From NCBI GenBank assembly GCA_945865665.1, contig CAMBEE010000001.1, positions 161,548 to 225,547 of the forward strand: 64,000 nt of DNA. The letters are read 5' to 3'. The DNA is from an uncultured Clostridium sp. (GTDB lineage Bacteria; Bacillota; Clostridia; TANB77; CAG-508). Below, in pieces: positions 1 through 10,511 of this stretch (position 1 is the stretch's first letter; every line of letters starts with the position of its first letter). A program made the translations under genes and the position numbers. Below the pieces are notes generated by a model. It was not told where the DNA came from. It saw only the letters and a list, made by a program, of their open reading frames with translations, and made no database searches.

Positions 1-240
1 CAAAGCTATGATGAAGATAATTCTGAAGACTATTCTGATACAACATCAAATTCCAGTAGAAATGCAACACAAAATACTTCTCAGAATTCTTCAAGTGTAA
101 CATCTACAACTGTTAAATCAGGGAATTTAAATTCTTCAGCTGATTTAAGTTTAACTAATATCTTAAACATATTTTTAATAGTTATTGGTATTCTTTTAAT
201 TTTACTAGCAATTGCAATTTTAATAAAATTAAAAAATTAA
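1..240 (+). CDS. Partial CDS (3' end): Ser/Thr/Asn-rich linker plus C-terminal membrane anchor
   Basis: Frame 1 is open from base 1 to TAA at 238-240 and ends LTNILNIFLIVIGILLILLAIAILIKLKN. Confidence 0.7.
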   Translation, partial: QSYDEDNSEDYSDTTSNSSRNATQNTSQNSSSVTSTTVKSGNLNSSADLSLTNILNIFLIVIGILLILLAIAILIKLKN

Positions 241-397
241 CTGTCAAAACTAAAGTTTTCAAAATAAGAAAATTTTAGTTTTTTTGCTTTATATAGGTAT
301 TTTTTGTATGTATATTTTCTCCAAATTTTTAAATAATATTAATAGATTTATCAATTTAAATCAATTATTTTGTTTACATTTAAAGGAGGAAATTAAA

Positions 398-835
398 ATG
401 AACAAGAAAATTTTTGTTTCTTTAGTAGTTGCTGTTTTTGCCATATTTTCTTTTTCAATTTGTTTTGCAAATGATGGAAATACTGTTTTAAATACTGCCA
501 CAAATGATATAAGAAATTTTGTAGACGGTGTGGAAAATACAGTTGAAAATGCAGCATTAGATATTTCTAATACATCAAAAGATGTAACTGGTGGTACAGA
601 AAACAAAATGTCTAAAGGTGAAGACAAAATGAACAATGGAATTATTTCTTCTGCAGGAGCTACAAATAATTATTCCGCAAGAAGAACATCAACAGAAAAT
701 ACAGTTATGGGAATGTCTTCTAATGCATGGACATGGATTATTTTAGGTGTTGCAGCTATTGCAATAATTGCTGTTGTTTGGTATTATTCAATGCAATTTA
801 CTAATAATCGTCATGATGATGATTCAGAAGAATAG
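398..835 (+). CDS. Secreted/membrane-anchored hypothetical protein
   Basis: RBS AGGAGG before ATG 398; signal peptide MNKKIFVSLVVAVFA; C-terminal TM helix. Confidence 0.75.
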   Translation: MNKKIFVSLVVAVFAIFSFSICFANDGNTVLNTATNDIRNFVDGVENTVENAALDISNTSKDVTGGTENKMSKGEDKMNNGIISSAGATNNYSARRTSTENTVMGMSSNAWTWIILGVAAIAIIAVVWYYSMQFTNNRHDDDSEE

Positions 836-952
836 TCGCGGATTTTCATTAATTCAATATTTTTAAATATCATTAATGTCCGCTTTTAGCCTTGCAGTTT
901 AGGTTTTTTCGTGTTATACTAAATTATATTAAATATGAATTGAGGTTTTTTT

Positions 953-1408
953 ATGAATACAAAATTAATTGCGAAAAATCCTACTGCATTTCATAATTAT
1001 ACAATTAATGATAAATTGGAAGTAGGTATTGTACTTTCTGGAACAGAAATCAAATCAATTAGAAATGGTAAAGCTAACTTAAAAGATAGTTATGCTGTTA
1101 TAAAAAATGGTGAAGTATACATAGTCGGTATGCATATAAGTCCTTATGAACAAGGAAATATTTTTAATAAAGATCCTTTGCGTGATAGGAAATTGCTTTT
1201 AAACAGACGTGAAATAAATAAGTTAGTTGGCTTAGTTAAACAAAAAGGTTGTAGCTTAGTTCCAATTAGCATGTATTTCAAAGGTAGTTTAGTTAAATTA
1301 GAATTAGGTGTTGGTAAAGGTAAAAAGCTTTATGATAAACGTGAAGATATTGCTAAAAAAGATGCTGAACGAAGAATGAAACAGCTATTATCTTATAAAA
1401 ATCAATAG
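953..1408 (+). CDS. smpB: SsrA-binding protein SmpB
   Basis: [38 protein letters not shown] motifs. Confidence 0.98.
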   Translation: MNTKLIAKNPTAFHNYTINDKLEVGIVLSGTEIKSIRNGKANLKDSYAVIKNGEVYIVGMHISPYEQGNIFNKDPLRDRKLLLNRREINKLVGLVKQKGCSLVPISMYFKGSLVKLELGVGKGKKLYDKREDIAKKDAERRMKQLLSYKNQ

Positions 1409-1440
1409 AGATTATGGCGTATCCATAATCCCTATTTTTT
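1407..1440. terminator. Bidirectional intrinsic terminator between smpB and fba
   Basis: GATTATGG-CGTAT-CCATAATC hairpin followed by a T run between convergent genes. Confidence 0.6.
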
Positions 1441-2371
1441 ATGCCTTATTTGCTGAGCCGAAAACATCAACTATTTTATGTTTTACAGTTTCTTTTATTA
1501 ATTCTCTTGCTTCACCTAGATATTTTCTAGGATCAAATACATTTGGATTTTCAACAAAAGTTTTTCTAATACCTGCAGTCATAGCAAGTCTTAAGTCTGT
1601 ATCAACATTTATTTTTGAAACACCTGAAATACTTGCTTCGTGTAATATTTCATCTGGAACTCCTTTTGCACCTGGTATATCTCCACCAAATTCATTACAC
1701 ATATTAACTAATTCTGGTATTACTGTTGAAGCACCATGTAAAACTATTGGTGTATTTGGTATTCTTTCTTTTACTTCTTTTAAAATATCAAATCTTAATT
1801 TTGCTTCACCTTTAAATTTGTAAGCTCCATGGCTTGTACCAATTGCAATTGCTAAAGAATCACAACCTGTTCTTTTTACAAATTCTTCAGCTTGTGCTGG
1901 GTCAGTATACATTGCATCATTTGCTGCTACATTTACATCGTCTTCGATTCCTGCTAATTTTCCAAGTTCAGCTTCTACTGGAACTCCATGTGCATGTGCG
2001 TAATCCACAACTTTTTTTGTTAAAGCTACATTTTCTTCAAAGTCATATTTTGAACCATCTATCATTACTGATGTAAATCCATTATCGATACACATTTTTG
2101 CTGTTTCAAAATCTGGTCCATGGTCTAAGTGTATTGCTATTGGTATATTTGGATGCTCTTCTACTGCTGCTTTTACCATTTTCATTAAATAATTTATTCT
2201 TGCATATTTTATCGCACTTGATGATACTTGTAATATTACAGGTGAATTTGCTTCTGCTGCTGCATCTACAATTCCTTGTATTATTTCCATGTTGTTTACA
2301 TTAAATGCACCTATTGCATATCCTTCTTTCATTGATTTTTCAAACATTTCTTTTGTTGTTACTAATGCCAT
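1439..2371 (-). CDS. fba: Class II fructose-1,6-bisphosphate aldolase
   Basis: AIGAFNVNN, HLDHG, SVMIDGS, GTSHGAYK, VLHGAS, KINVDTD; RBS GGAGG before ATG 2371. Confidence 0.97.
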   Translation of the reverse strand: MALVTTKEMFEKSMKEGYAIGAFNVNNMEIIQGIVDAAAEANSPVILQVSSSAIKYARINYLMKMVKAAVEEHPNIPIAIHLDHGPDFETAKMCIDNGFTSVMIDGSKYDFEENVALTKKVVDYAHAHGVPVEAELGKLAGIEDDVNVAANDAMYTDPAQAEEFVKRTGCDSLAIAIGTSHGAYKFKGEAKLRFDILKEVKERIPNTPIVLHGASTVIPELVNMCNEFGGDIPGAKGVPDEILHEASISGVSKINVDTDLRLAMTAGIRKTFVENPNVFDPRKYLGEARELIKETVKHKIVDVFGSANKA

Positions 2372-2531
2372 ATTAATTCCTCCTAACATTTTTATTGTTA
2401 ACAAATTTTTCTTTTTTATTAACAATTATTTATTAATTTCAATGTTATTTTATTTCTAAAAATTTAATATGTCAATAGTTTTTTTAGTTTTTTAGTGTAC
2501 ACTTGCTTCACTATTTCTATTAATCTTTTTA

Positions 2532-2688
2532 TCTATAACGCTTTAGCTTCTATTACATTTCTATAAAGTTTGTGTTCCTTATATTGTGCCATGTTTTCTT
2601 TATCTGTTCCCCATCTTTCATATATTTCCTCTGCATCATTCTCATTTGGTTTTCTTAGTATATACCTATCTGTTTCTAGTTGTTCCAT
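2532..2688 (-). pseudogene. Truncated GNAT (RimJ/RimL-type) acetyltransferase fragment
   Basis: MEQLETDRYILRKPNENDAEEIYERWGTDKEN resembles the RimJ/L N-terminus, then stops after ~51 codons; coordinates approximate. Confidence 0.5.
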
Positions 2689-2910
2689 TTTGCAACGTCC
2701 TCCTTTATCTTTATATCTTTTACTTTTTAGGTTTCAAATTACACTACTTTGAAATTATCTATAACGTTTTCTTTTACAAAATCGCATTTTTATTTTACAA
2801 AAAACATTCTATATTATAGAAAATTATTTGTAACTTTTTTTATTTTTTATAATATTATAGAACAAAAGCGGACATTAATAACATTAAAAACCAGAAAGGA
2901 GTTTATTTTT

Positions 2911-3066
2911 ATGGATTATGAATTAATGATGAATGGCAATGTGAAAATAGGACAAAAAGCGCCAGATTTTGAAGCAACAACAACTTTTGGTCAAAGAACT
3001 TTAAATGATTATAAAGGCAAATGGTTAGTATTTTTTAGCCATCCAGGAGACTTCACACCAGTTTGT
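2911..3066 (+). pseudogene. 5' part of a peroxiredoxin (1-Cys/Prx6-type), interrupted right after the peroxidatic Cys
   Basis: RBS AAGGAG; [15 protein letters not shown]...[18 protein letters not shown], then unrelated residues and a stop at 3099 instead of the usual TTE continuation. Confidence 0.9.
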
Positions 3067-3117
3067 TCAGTTTTCAAACTTTTTGAAATATGTTTTTGAA
3101 TATCCACTTTCATAATA

Positions 3118-4806
3118 TTATCTTTTGATTTTGGCTGTATTTTCAAGCAATTTACTTTCAATACTTTTCACCTTAACATTATCAATTTCTGAAATGGCTT
3201 TTAAATATTTATTTAATTGTACTCTAAAATCAATTTCATATCTATCATTATATATTCTTATTTCTTTAATAATTTCTGATAACAACATTTTCTTTATTAC
3301 TATATCAGCATTTTCAAATTCTTCCTTCCAAATTGGTATTCTTTCCTTAATTTGTAATAATTCATTATCTTCGACTTTCTTTTGTCTTATTTTATTTTCA
3401 ATACAATTCTTAGTTTCAATTATTTCAATTTTATGTTTTTCTTTTTCTGATATTAATTCATTTAATAATTCTGCCGTAAAACTACTTTCACCAGTTAAAG
3501 TTTTTATAACCTCATCTTTTAAAACTTTAATGTTGGCATCAATTTCATTAATTTGTGTTTCACATTTTTTCAATTCTTTTTCGTCATTATCACAATTATT
3601 TAAAACTCCTTGTTTTATTGCTTCAGATAAGTCAACTTGTTCTAAACTATCTAGAAAATTATATACACATTTTAATACTATTTCTTCCAAAACTTCCTTT
3701 TTAATGCTTTTTTTCTCCAAACAGCAAGTGTTTGTATTTATTGTACTACTACATTTATAATAATAATATTCCCATATTCCTCCATCAGGCTTTTTCTTTT
3801 TGGATTCAGATGTTGTAAATGTATAACCACATTCTCCACATTTTACTATTCCTGAAAGTAGCAATGGTGATTTTGTTTGTCTAGGCTTTGCAAATTCAAG
3901 ATTTTTAGCCCTATCTTCTCTAATTTTCTTTGCTTCATACCACATCTCTTCATCTATAATTGCTAAGCTTTCAACCTTCTTTTTAGGTAAAATCCAATTT
4001 TCAAAAGGTTGTTTTTTTGAACCTGTTGCATTTGTAGTAGTTTTCTTTTTATATGCTGGGAATCCCATGTATATAGGATTTCCTAAAATTGCCCCAACAG
4101 TTGATGTCGCCCATAACATAGATCTTCTTGGTTTTTTCTTTCTATCATTTAATTCTTTTGCTATTCTTCCAATTCCAAATCCTTTTTTTACATACATTTC
4201 AAAAATATCTTTTATAATTTCTGCTTCATCTTTTTTTATTATAAGTTTTTGGCGTTCAACTCCCTTTTTAGTATATGTTCCACTTTTTATAAATTCATAT
4301 CCATATGGAGCATTTCTTTTTCCTCCATATGTTAATATTCCATTTTCAGCCATTTGAGTCTGTGCTTCTTTAACCCTTATTGAAGTTTTTTCACTTTCTC
4401 CTCCTGCTTGCCAATAAGTAAGATAATTAATCAGCTTATCAGCTCTATTTTCGATTTTTCTTTGTCCTTCTTTTACAGACCAAACTTCAACGCCTTTATT
4501 AATTAGCCATTCTACAACAAATGGTGTTTCTTCTTCTCTCCTTCCGATTCTGTCAAACATAAAAACAAGCAAAATATCTATTTCTTTATTTAGTACAGCT
4601 TTCTTTATATCTTGTAAAGCATCTCTTTTTGACTCACTAAGTTTATATCCTGATACTCCTAGTTCAATATATTCTTTTGTTAATTTCCAATTGTTTTGTG
4701 ATTTTATAAACTCTCCACATGCTATTCTTTGCATTGGGATATCGTTTTTTTCAACTTGCTTTAAAGTTGAAACCCTATACAAGCATCCAACTCTTTTTAT
4801 ATCCAT
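3118..4806 (-). CDS. Large serine recombinase (integrase)
   Basis: LYRVST catalytic Ser, DRIGR, APYGY, NPIYMG recombinase domain, LLSGIVKCGECG Zn ribbon, coiled coil. Confidence 0.95.
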   Translation of the reverse strand: MDIKRVGCLYRVSTLKQVEKNDIPMQRIACGEFIKSQNNWKLTKEYIELGVSGYKLSESKRDALQDIKKAVLNKEIDILLVFMFDRIGRREEETPFVVEWLINKGVEVWSVKEGQRKIENRADKLINYLTYWQAGGESEKTSIRVKEAQTQMAENGILTYGGKRNAPYGYEFIKSGTYTKKGVERQKLIIKKDEAEIIKDIFEMYVKKGFGIGRIAKELNDRKKKPRRSMLWATSTVGAILGNPIYMGFPAYKKKTTTNATGSKKQPFENWILPKKKVESLAIIDEEMWYEAKKIREDRAKNLEFAKPRQTKSPLLLSGIVKCGECGYTFTTSESKKKKPDGGIWEYYYYKCSSTINTNTCCLEKKSIKKEVLEEIVLKCVYNFLDSLEQVDLSEAIKQGVLNNCDNDEKELKKCETQINEIDANIKVLKDEVIKTLTGESSFTAELLNELISEKEKHKIEIIETKNCIENKIRQKKVEDNELLQIKERIPIWKEEFENADIVIKKMLLSEIIKEIRIYNDRYEIDFRVQLNKYLKAISEIDNVKVKSIESKLLENTAKIKR

Positions 4807-4811
4807 AAAGT

Positions 4812-6359
4812 TTAATTTCTTTCTCCTATTAATATTGTACTTATAGGATATTTAACTCTTATTTCTACCTTATCATTATATAAATACACTTTATCTATTA
4901 ATTTGTCCAAAATTTGTCTTTTAATTTCTAATGGTGCATTTTCAAACTCTTTACTCCATACAGGAATGCATTGTTTTAAATTATTTATATCTTTGTTGTT
5001 TTTATTAATTTCATCTTGAAGTTCTTCTAAATTTTTATTTAAATGTGCTAGATTTTCTAATTCTGAATTATACTCATCACCTATTTTTTTCTTTTCATCT
5101 TGATTATTTTCCATAAGAGCAAGTACAATTTCATTTTTTAATTCAACTATTCTATTTTGAGAATTGCTAATTTTTTGATTTAATAATACGACTTTTTCTT
5201 TTCTTTCTTTTATATTTATTATTCTTTTTTCAACTTCATTCTTTAAATCTATTTTTTTATATGTATCTAAATATATTTTTATTTCATTGCTAACTATTCC
5301 TTCTAAAATATCAACTCTATAATTTTTTCTATATTCACATTTTCCAGTTTTCTGTTTTCCCTTGCATAACATATATGTATATTTTGTCTTTCCTTTTGGA
5401 ACAATGTAATTACCACAATAGCCGCATCTTGTATATCCAGATAATAGACGTAATACTCTTTCTCCACTTTTTCTTTTTCTACTAATTATTAAATTATTAG
5501 CTTTTTCCCATATTTCTTCTGAAATAATTACGATACTATCATTTCTCTTTTCAGCTATTATCCAATCTTCCTTTTGTCTTCTATTATTATTTCCTTTCAT
5601 CTTGTTTCTCTTTCCAAAAGATACATAGCCTTTATAAATTGGGTTCTTAACTATTTCTAAAATAGCATTAGAATCCCATAATATTCCTTTTTTTCTTCTT
5701 TTTATTTTTTTATTATTCAAGTATATTGCTACTTTATCAGTTCCATATTCATTAATTGCTATAAGATTATAAATTAATCTTATAGTTTTTGCTTCTTCCT
5801 CATAAATTTCTAATACTTTTCTTTGTTTTCCAATTTTACTATACAAATCACTTTCAACCATTTTATAGCCAAATGGAGCATAATACCCCATATAAATTCC
5901 TAATTTTGTTAATCTTATTCGTTCTTCTTTGGCTCTAATTGATATTTTCTCACTTTCTCCTTGTGCTTGCCAATATGTAATATAATTTATAAGTCTATCA
6001 TAACTATTCTTTATTTCTCTTTGTCCTTCATTTACAGACCATACTTCAATTCCCTGATCAATTAACCATTTTACAACAAAAGGTGTTTCATCTTCTCTTC
6101 TTCCTATTCTATCAAACATAAAAACAAGAAGTATATCTATTTTATTATTACTAACATCTTTTTTTATTGTTTGTAATACATCTCTTTCTTTTTCTCCAAC
6201 CTTATATCCTGAAACACCAAGTTCCATATATTCTTTTTCTAGAGTCCAATCATTTTTTGTCTTAATAAATTTTCTACAAGCTTCTTTCTGAACTGGTATA
6301 TCATTGTTATATGTTTGTTTTTTAGTAGAAACTCTATATAAACATCCAACTCTCTTCAT
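4812..6359 (-). CDS. Large serine recombinase (second paralog)
   Basis: LYRVST, DRIGR, APFGY, NPIYKG, LLSGYTRCGYCG; N-terminus closely similar to 3118..4806. Confidence 0.95.
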   Translation of the reverse strand: MKRVGCLYRVSTKKQTYNNDIPVQKEACRKFIKTKNDWTLEKEYMELGVSGYKVGEKERDVLQTIKKDVSNNKIDILLVFMFDRIGRREDETPFVVKWLIDQGIEVWSVNEGQREIKNSYDRLINYITYWQAQGESEKISIRAKEERIRLTKLGIYMGYYAPFGYKMVESDLYSKIGKQRKVLEIYEEEAKTIRLIYNLIAINEYGTDKVAIYLNNKKIKRRKKGILWDSNAILEIVKNPIYKGYVSFGKRNKMKGNNNRRQKEDWIIAEKRNDSIVIISEEIWEKANNLIISRKRKSGERVLRLLSGYTRCGYCGNYIVPKGKTKYTYMLCKGKQKTGKCEYRKNYRVDILEGIVSNEIKIYLDTYKKIDLKNEVEKRIINIKERKEKVVLLNQKISNSQNRIVELKNEIVLALMENNQDEKKKIGDEYNSELENLAHLNKNLEELQDEINKNNKDINNLKQCIPVWSKEFENAPLEIKRQILDKLIDKVYLYNDKVEIRVKYPISTILIGERN

Positions 6360-6425
6360 TTTAAACCTCCTTTCAACTTAAAATTTTATTTTAAGCAAAA
6401 AGGATAATCAATTTGAGAAAAAATT

Positions 6426-6656
6426 TTATATTATTCTTTTTATATTTTTTTGGATATATAAATCACTCAACACGTCAATAATGTATTTTTCTAATTCTTC
6501 TGTATTAGTTTGTGTAGTATTCTTTATTACTATATTTATCTTTCGTTTTCCTATATCTTCACTTTTTATTAGTTGTTCTGCTCCATCATTTGTCTTTATA
6601 TATTCATATTTTTCACTACCTAATAGTACACTTTTTTGTTCTAATACATCATTCAT
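6426..6656 (-). CDS. Small hypothetical protein upstream of the recombinases
   Basis: RBS GAGGTG; co-oriented 76 aa ORF. Confidence 0.6.
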   Translation of the reverse strand: MNDVLEQKSVLLGSEKYEYIKTNDGAEQLIKSEDIGKRKINIVIKNTTQTNTEELEKYIIDVLSDLYIQKNIKRII

Positions 6657-6747
6657 TATTAAAAAATCACCTCAATTAAGTTTATGATTTAAGACAAAAA
6701 AATATTATAAAAATAAGATTGGTATTTAAACCAACCTTATCAATCAA

Positions 6748-7143
6748 CTATTTTTTTATAATAAAACCGTCATTAATACTGATAACGCTTATGTTAGTGT
6801 TTTTAATATAGTCTTGCATTAACTCATAACTTCTTGTTAATCTACCAATGCTGAACATTATTAAAACCATCTTTTCTTTTTTATTTAGAATTTCTTTTAT
6901 TCCTGGTCTGTTAAAATCCAATACAGAAAAGCCATTATCAATATAAATATGTTTGCAATCAACATTACATCGTTTACAAAAATCTATAATTGTATTTTCT
7001 TGTCTTTGTATCTCTTTTTCATTGTCCTGATATTTAGAAACTCTTATATATCCAACTATTTTGTCTTTGTTGTCTAATAACATCTGTTGTATTAAAGCAT
7101 TGTTAATTCCTAAATCAATCATCTTATCTTGTTTATTTTTCAT
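6748..7143 (-). CDS. Resolvase-like protein (serine recombinase catalytic domain only)
   Basis: GYIRVS, QRQ, YIDNGFS, RPGI, RLTRS; no DNA-binding domain. Confidence 0.8.
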   Translation of the reverse strand: MKNKQDKMIDLGINNALIQQMLLDNKDKIVGYIRVSKYQDNEKEIQRQENTIIDFCKRCNVDCKHIYIDNGFSVLDFNRPGIKEILNKKEKMVLIMFSIGRLTRSYELMQDYIKNTNISVISINDGFIIKK

Positions 7144-7215
7144 ATGTTTTCCTCCTAAAATAAATTTATAACTATCTTATTAAATATTATTAAGATAGTT
7201 AAGTTGAGAAAAAAT

Positions 7216-7491
7216 TTAAATTTTATTGGCAACATCAATTGCATTTTCTTTTGAATAAATCTTTGGTAATATATCTATTTGAGCTAATAAATCTTTAAGC
7301 GTTATTTTAAGATTTCCACTACTTTTCATATTATTAACTGCAATCTTTGAATATGCTATATATTCAGTCAATTGTTCTTTTGCAACATTTTTCATTTCAA
7401 ATTCTATGTTTTTTGTATTTAAGTTTTTATTTTGTTCTATAATTTTTTTATAAGCCTTTTTAAAATATTTTTTACATTCTTGTTTATTCAT
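7216..7491 (-). CDS. Hypothetical protein
   Basis: RBS GGAGG; 91 aa ORF. Confidence 0.6.
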   Translation of the reverse strand: MNKQECKKYFKKAYKKIIEQNKNLNTKNIEFEMKNVAKEQLTEYIAYSKIAVNNMKSSGNLKITLKDLLAQIDILPKIYSKENAIDVANKI

Positions 7492-7530
7492 CGCTTACCT
7501 CCATAATAAAAAGCCAGATATACTGACTTT

Positions 7531-8037
7531 TTAAAAATTTTTTATGAATCTTTTTAACCTTTCTTCATCTTTAGATATAACAATAGTATTTTTATATCTT
7601 GCATGCACAATACCATTTTCTCCATCTTTTATAATATTTTCCATAACGCTTCTCCTATCATTTTCTTCTATGAATTTAGTAGATGTAAATATCATTATTT
7701 TAATCTGTTCTTTTCCAATAATAGATGTTGATTCAATATCTTCTTTTATAAAGAAAAAACTAATATTATTTTCAAGTAGTAATTTTAATATTTTACCTCT
7801 TATGTATAAATCACTACCTAATGATTTAAAATCTTCAAATACTATTGCATCAATTATTCCTTGTTCATAGTCCTTAATAATTCTATAAAGAGCTTCTCTT
7901 TTACTTATTCTTTGTTTTGTAGTATTTTCTAAATAAAGATATATGTTATTTACTAATAGCTTGTCCTTTATTTTAATACTCAAAATATTTACTTGATTAC
8001 ATTCTAATCTTGAAAATGAGTAAATCCCAACATTCAT
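7531..8037 (-). CDS. Degenerate resolvase-like protein
   Basis: MNVGIYS...REALYRIIKD..GIIDAIVFEDFKSLG follows the resolvase layout but lacks RVS and DR.R. Confidence 0.6.
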   Translation of the reverse strand: MNVGIYSFSRLECNQVNILSIKIKDKLLVNNIYLYLENTTKQRISKREALYRIIKDYEQGIIDAIVFEDFKSLGSDLYIRGKILKLLLENNISFFFIKEDIESTSIIGKEQIKIMIFTSTKFIEENDRRSVMENIIKDGENGIVHARYKNTIVISKDEERLKRFIKNF

Positions 8038-8243
8038 TTTTCCTCGTCCTTTCTATATAATATATGTTCCATTTTATAAGATATTCTTAAAAAATTTTAC
8101 TTGAGAAAAAATTTATGTAATAATCTTTAATTAATTATATTTTTATCTGCTTCTTTTGCTACAATTAACATACAATGTATTCCTATTCCTAATATTGCAC
8201 CTACCATTATTCCAATAATAAATAATACCAATTAAATCACCTC

Positions 8244-8720
8244 TTAAATTTCTAAAAAAATTATATTATTTTCTCTACAAAGATGAATTACCATATTTAG
8301 TTCTCTTTCGCTCATACCTAATATTGTAAAAACATTCATAATTAAAATATCCATATTTTTATTTCTTATGTCTTGTATTAACTTATAATAGGTATCTGAA
8401 TTTTCTCCTGGTGGAGTAATATATATTCTGCCTATTTCAATATTTTTTTCACAGAAATTTCTTATCATATTCATTTGTTTTTTGCTAGAATCATAGAGAT
8501 TTACTATATAGCAATTTGCTCTTCCACTTATATTCTTTAAAAGTATTTTATTATTTTGTACCATGTTACTATATAAATCTTCAACCTCATCTGCTTCATA
8601 AAGATCATAAATTAATTCCATTTGCTCTGCTAAAACTTCTGGATTTGTTTTTATTTTCATTTTATATAGTAAATCAAGTGTTATAGCAGCATAAGCTTTT
8701 CCTTGTTTTTTTGTTATCAT
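8244..8720 (-). CDS. Hypothetical protein with degenerate resolvase-like C-terminal domain
   Basis: QMNMIRNFC..NIEIGRIY...YYKLIQDIRNKNMDILIM pattern. Confidence 0.55.
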   Translation of the reverse strand: MITKKQGKAYAAITLDLLYKMKIKTNPEVLAEQMELIYDLYEADEVEDLYSNMVQNNKILLKNISGRANCYIVNLYDSSKKQMNMIRNFCEKNIEIGRIYITPPGENSDTYYKLIQDIRNKNMDILIMNVFTILGMSERELNMVIHLCRENNIIFLEI

Positions 8721-8737
8721 ATTTTTCTCCTGTTACT

Positions 8738-9154
8738 TTAAACCTTGATATATAATGGAAAATCAGCTGGCTTTGTTAAATTTTTTGTATCAAATTCATA
8801 ACGTTTCTTATTTGGGTTATATATATAAGCACTACTGCACCATTTTCTTAAAGTATCTGTTCCCAACATACTTCTTTTCGATAATTCCATAGAAGCTTGT
8901 TCATGTTGGCTTTTTACTTTTATATATTCTATGTCTACCTTGTTTTTTCTTTTACTGTAAATTAAATCTTTTTGTACTTTTCTCCTATGTATTAGATTTT
9001 CATTCTTTCGTTTTTCTTTTTCTTCATTATATTTTTCATTTTTTCTTAAGATTTTTGAAATGTAACTTACGGATGTATTTATTATATCTGCTATTTCTGT
9101 TAATGTCTTTTTTTCATCAAAGTATAATTCATTAATTATAGCTACCTTTTCCAT
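8738..9154 (-). CDS. HTH DNA-binding protein (sigma region 4-like N-terminus)
   Basis: LYFDEKKTLTEIADIINTSVSYISKIL. Confidence 0.7.
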   Translation of the reverse strand: MEKVAIINELYFDEKKTLTEIADIINTSVSYISKILRKNEKYNEEKEKRKNENLIHRRKVQKDLIYSKRKNKVDIEYIKVKSQHEQASMELSKRSMLGTDTLRKWCSSAYIYNPNKKRYEFDTKNLTKPADFPLYIKV

Positions 9155-9476
9155 AATAAAATTCTCCTTTCAGTTAGGTTCAAAAAGTGTTTACACATTT
9201 TTTGACATAGTTTTTCTATATAGGCTTATCTAGAATTTGCCTATATTGATTTTTTTATAAACATATAGTATAATTTAAACGGATTTAAAGGGGAAAGAGT
9301 TCGCTTATACTATATGTTACATCATTGTTAGAAACATAGTTTTTTGCATATTTGTTTCTAACTATTTGCATTATAATTTTCTAATCTTTGAAAGTCAATA
9401 AGTATTAGTAAAAAACGATTGTAACACAAATTTATGCTTTTATTTAATTTGTGTTTATAACAAAAAGGAGATTTCG

Positions 9477-10487
9477 ATGAAAGAAAATGACTATATTTCA
9501 GACATTTTATCTGGTTTAGGATTAGCAATAAATGAAAAAAATAATAACGAAATTATTATTAATTATCCTATAATTCTTGATAAAAAAAATATGGAATTTG
9601 TTTTAGATTCTAACTATAAATTGATAAATCAAACATTAGGAACATTTTTATCTGATTTTTTAAATACAAATTTTGAAGATTACAATGAATTTTATTTGTT
9701 TTTTCTCAAATATTCATTATCTATAATAGAATTGGATAAATTTAAAAAAATATTTAAAGATGGTAAGTGTCCAGAAAAAGATTTTAAAAAATTCATTTTA
9801 AATTTACAAAACAAAAAACTAAAAATATATAAAAAATTACAAGAACAAACTGATATGATATTAGATTATTGTTTATTTAATCCAAGTAAACAAGCAATCA
9901 ATTTTAAGCCTATTGAAAGATTATATGTATTAAGAAGGACATCACCAACTCTTACATTATTAAATGAAAATAAATCAGCTTATTATTCTGTTAATCTATT
10001 TTCCTCATATCCTGGAGAAACAGAAAAAGAAATTTATAATTTTTTATCTAATAAAAAAAATAAAGTAATTGAGTATGATTTAATAATACCTTATGATATT
10101 TCTAGTATAATATACAAATCTATATGTAGCATACTTAAAGAGAAGATTCACTTAAAAATTTGTAAAAACTGCAATAAATATTTTATTGCAAATATCAAAT
10201 CAGCTAGTTACTGTAATAATATTGCACCTGGTGAAACTAAAAAAACATGTAAAGATGTTGGAAGAAGGATTTCTTTTGAAAATTCAAAGTGTGAAGATTA
10301 TGTTTTGGATTTATATTACAAAGTATATAATAGAAAATCTATGATGAAATTAAGAAACCCTGATATTGATAAATATATTAACGATTTTAATAAATATAAA
10401 GAAATAGGAAAAAAGAAAGTTATTCAATACAAAAAAGGAAAACTTTCTTCTGAAGATTTTAAAAATTGGATTGAGAAGAATAGCTAG
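9477..10487 (+). CDS. Hypothetical protein with C-terminal Zn ribbon (DUF6076-like)
   Basis: CKNCNKYF...YCNN...TCKDVG. Confidence 0.65.
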   Translation: MKENDYISDILSGLGLAINEKNNNEIIINYPIILDKKNMEFVLDSNYKLINQTLGTFLSDFLNTNFEDYNEFYLFFLKYSLSIIELDKFKKIFKDGKCPEKDFKKFILNLQNKKLKIYKKLQEQTDMILDYCLFNPSKQAINFKPIERLYVLRRTSPTLTLLNENKSAYYSVNLFSSYPGETEKEIYNFLSNKKNKVIEYDLIIPYDISSIIYKSICSILKEKIHLKICKNCNKYFIANIKSASYCNNIAPGETKKTCKDVGRRISFENSKCEDYVLDLYYKVYNRKSMMKLRNPDIDKYINDFNKYKEIGKKKVIQYKKGKLSSEDFKNWIEKNS

Positions 10488-10511
10488 AATTTAGCTATTC
10501 TTCTTTAAAAT

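Noticed and set aside
1408-3100. tmRNA gene or integration at ssrA near smpB
   Set aside because: No tmRNA-like ends were seen; the integration point is the peroxiredoxin gene.
3125-3760. Long antisense ORFs (also 19572..20246, 58420..58938 and others)
   Set aside because: Shadows of real genes on the opposite strand; no RBS and skewed Phe/Ser/Ile composition.
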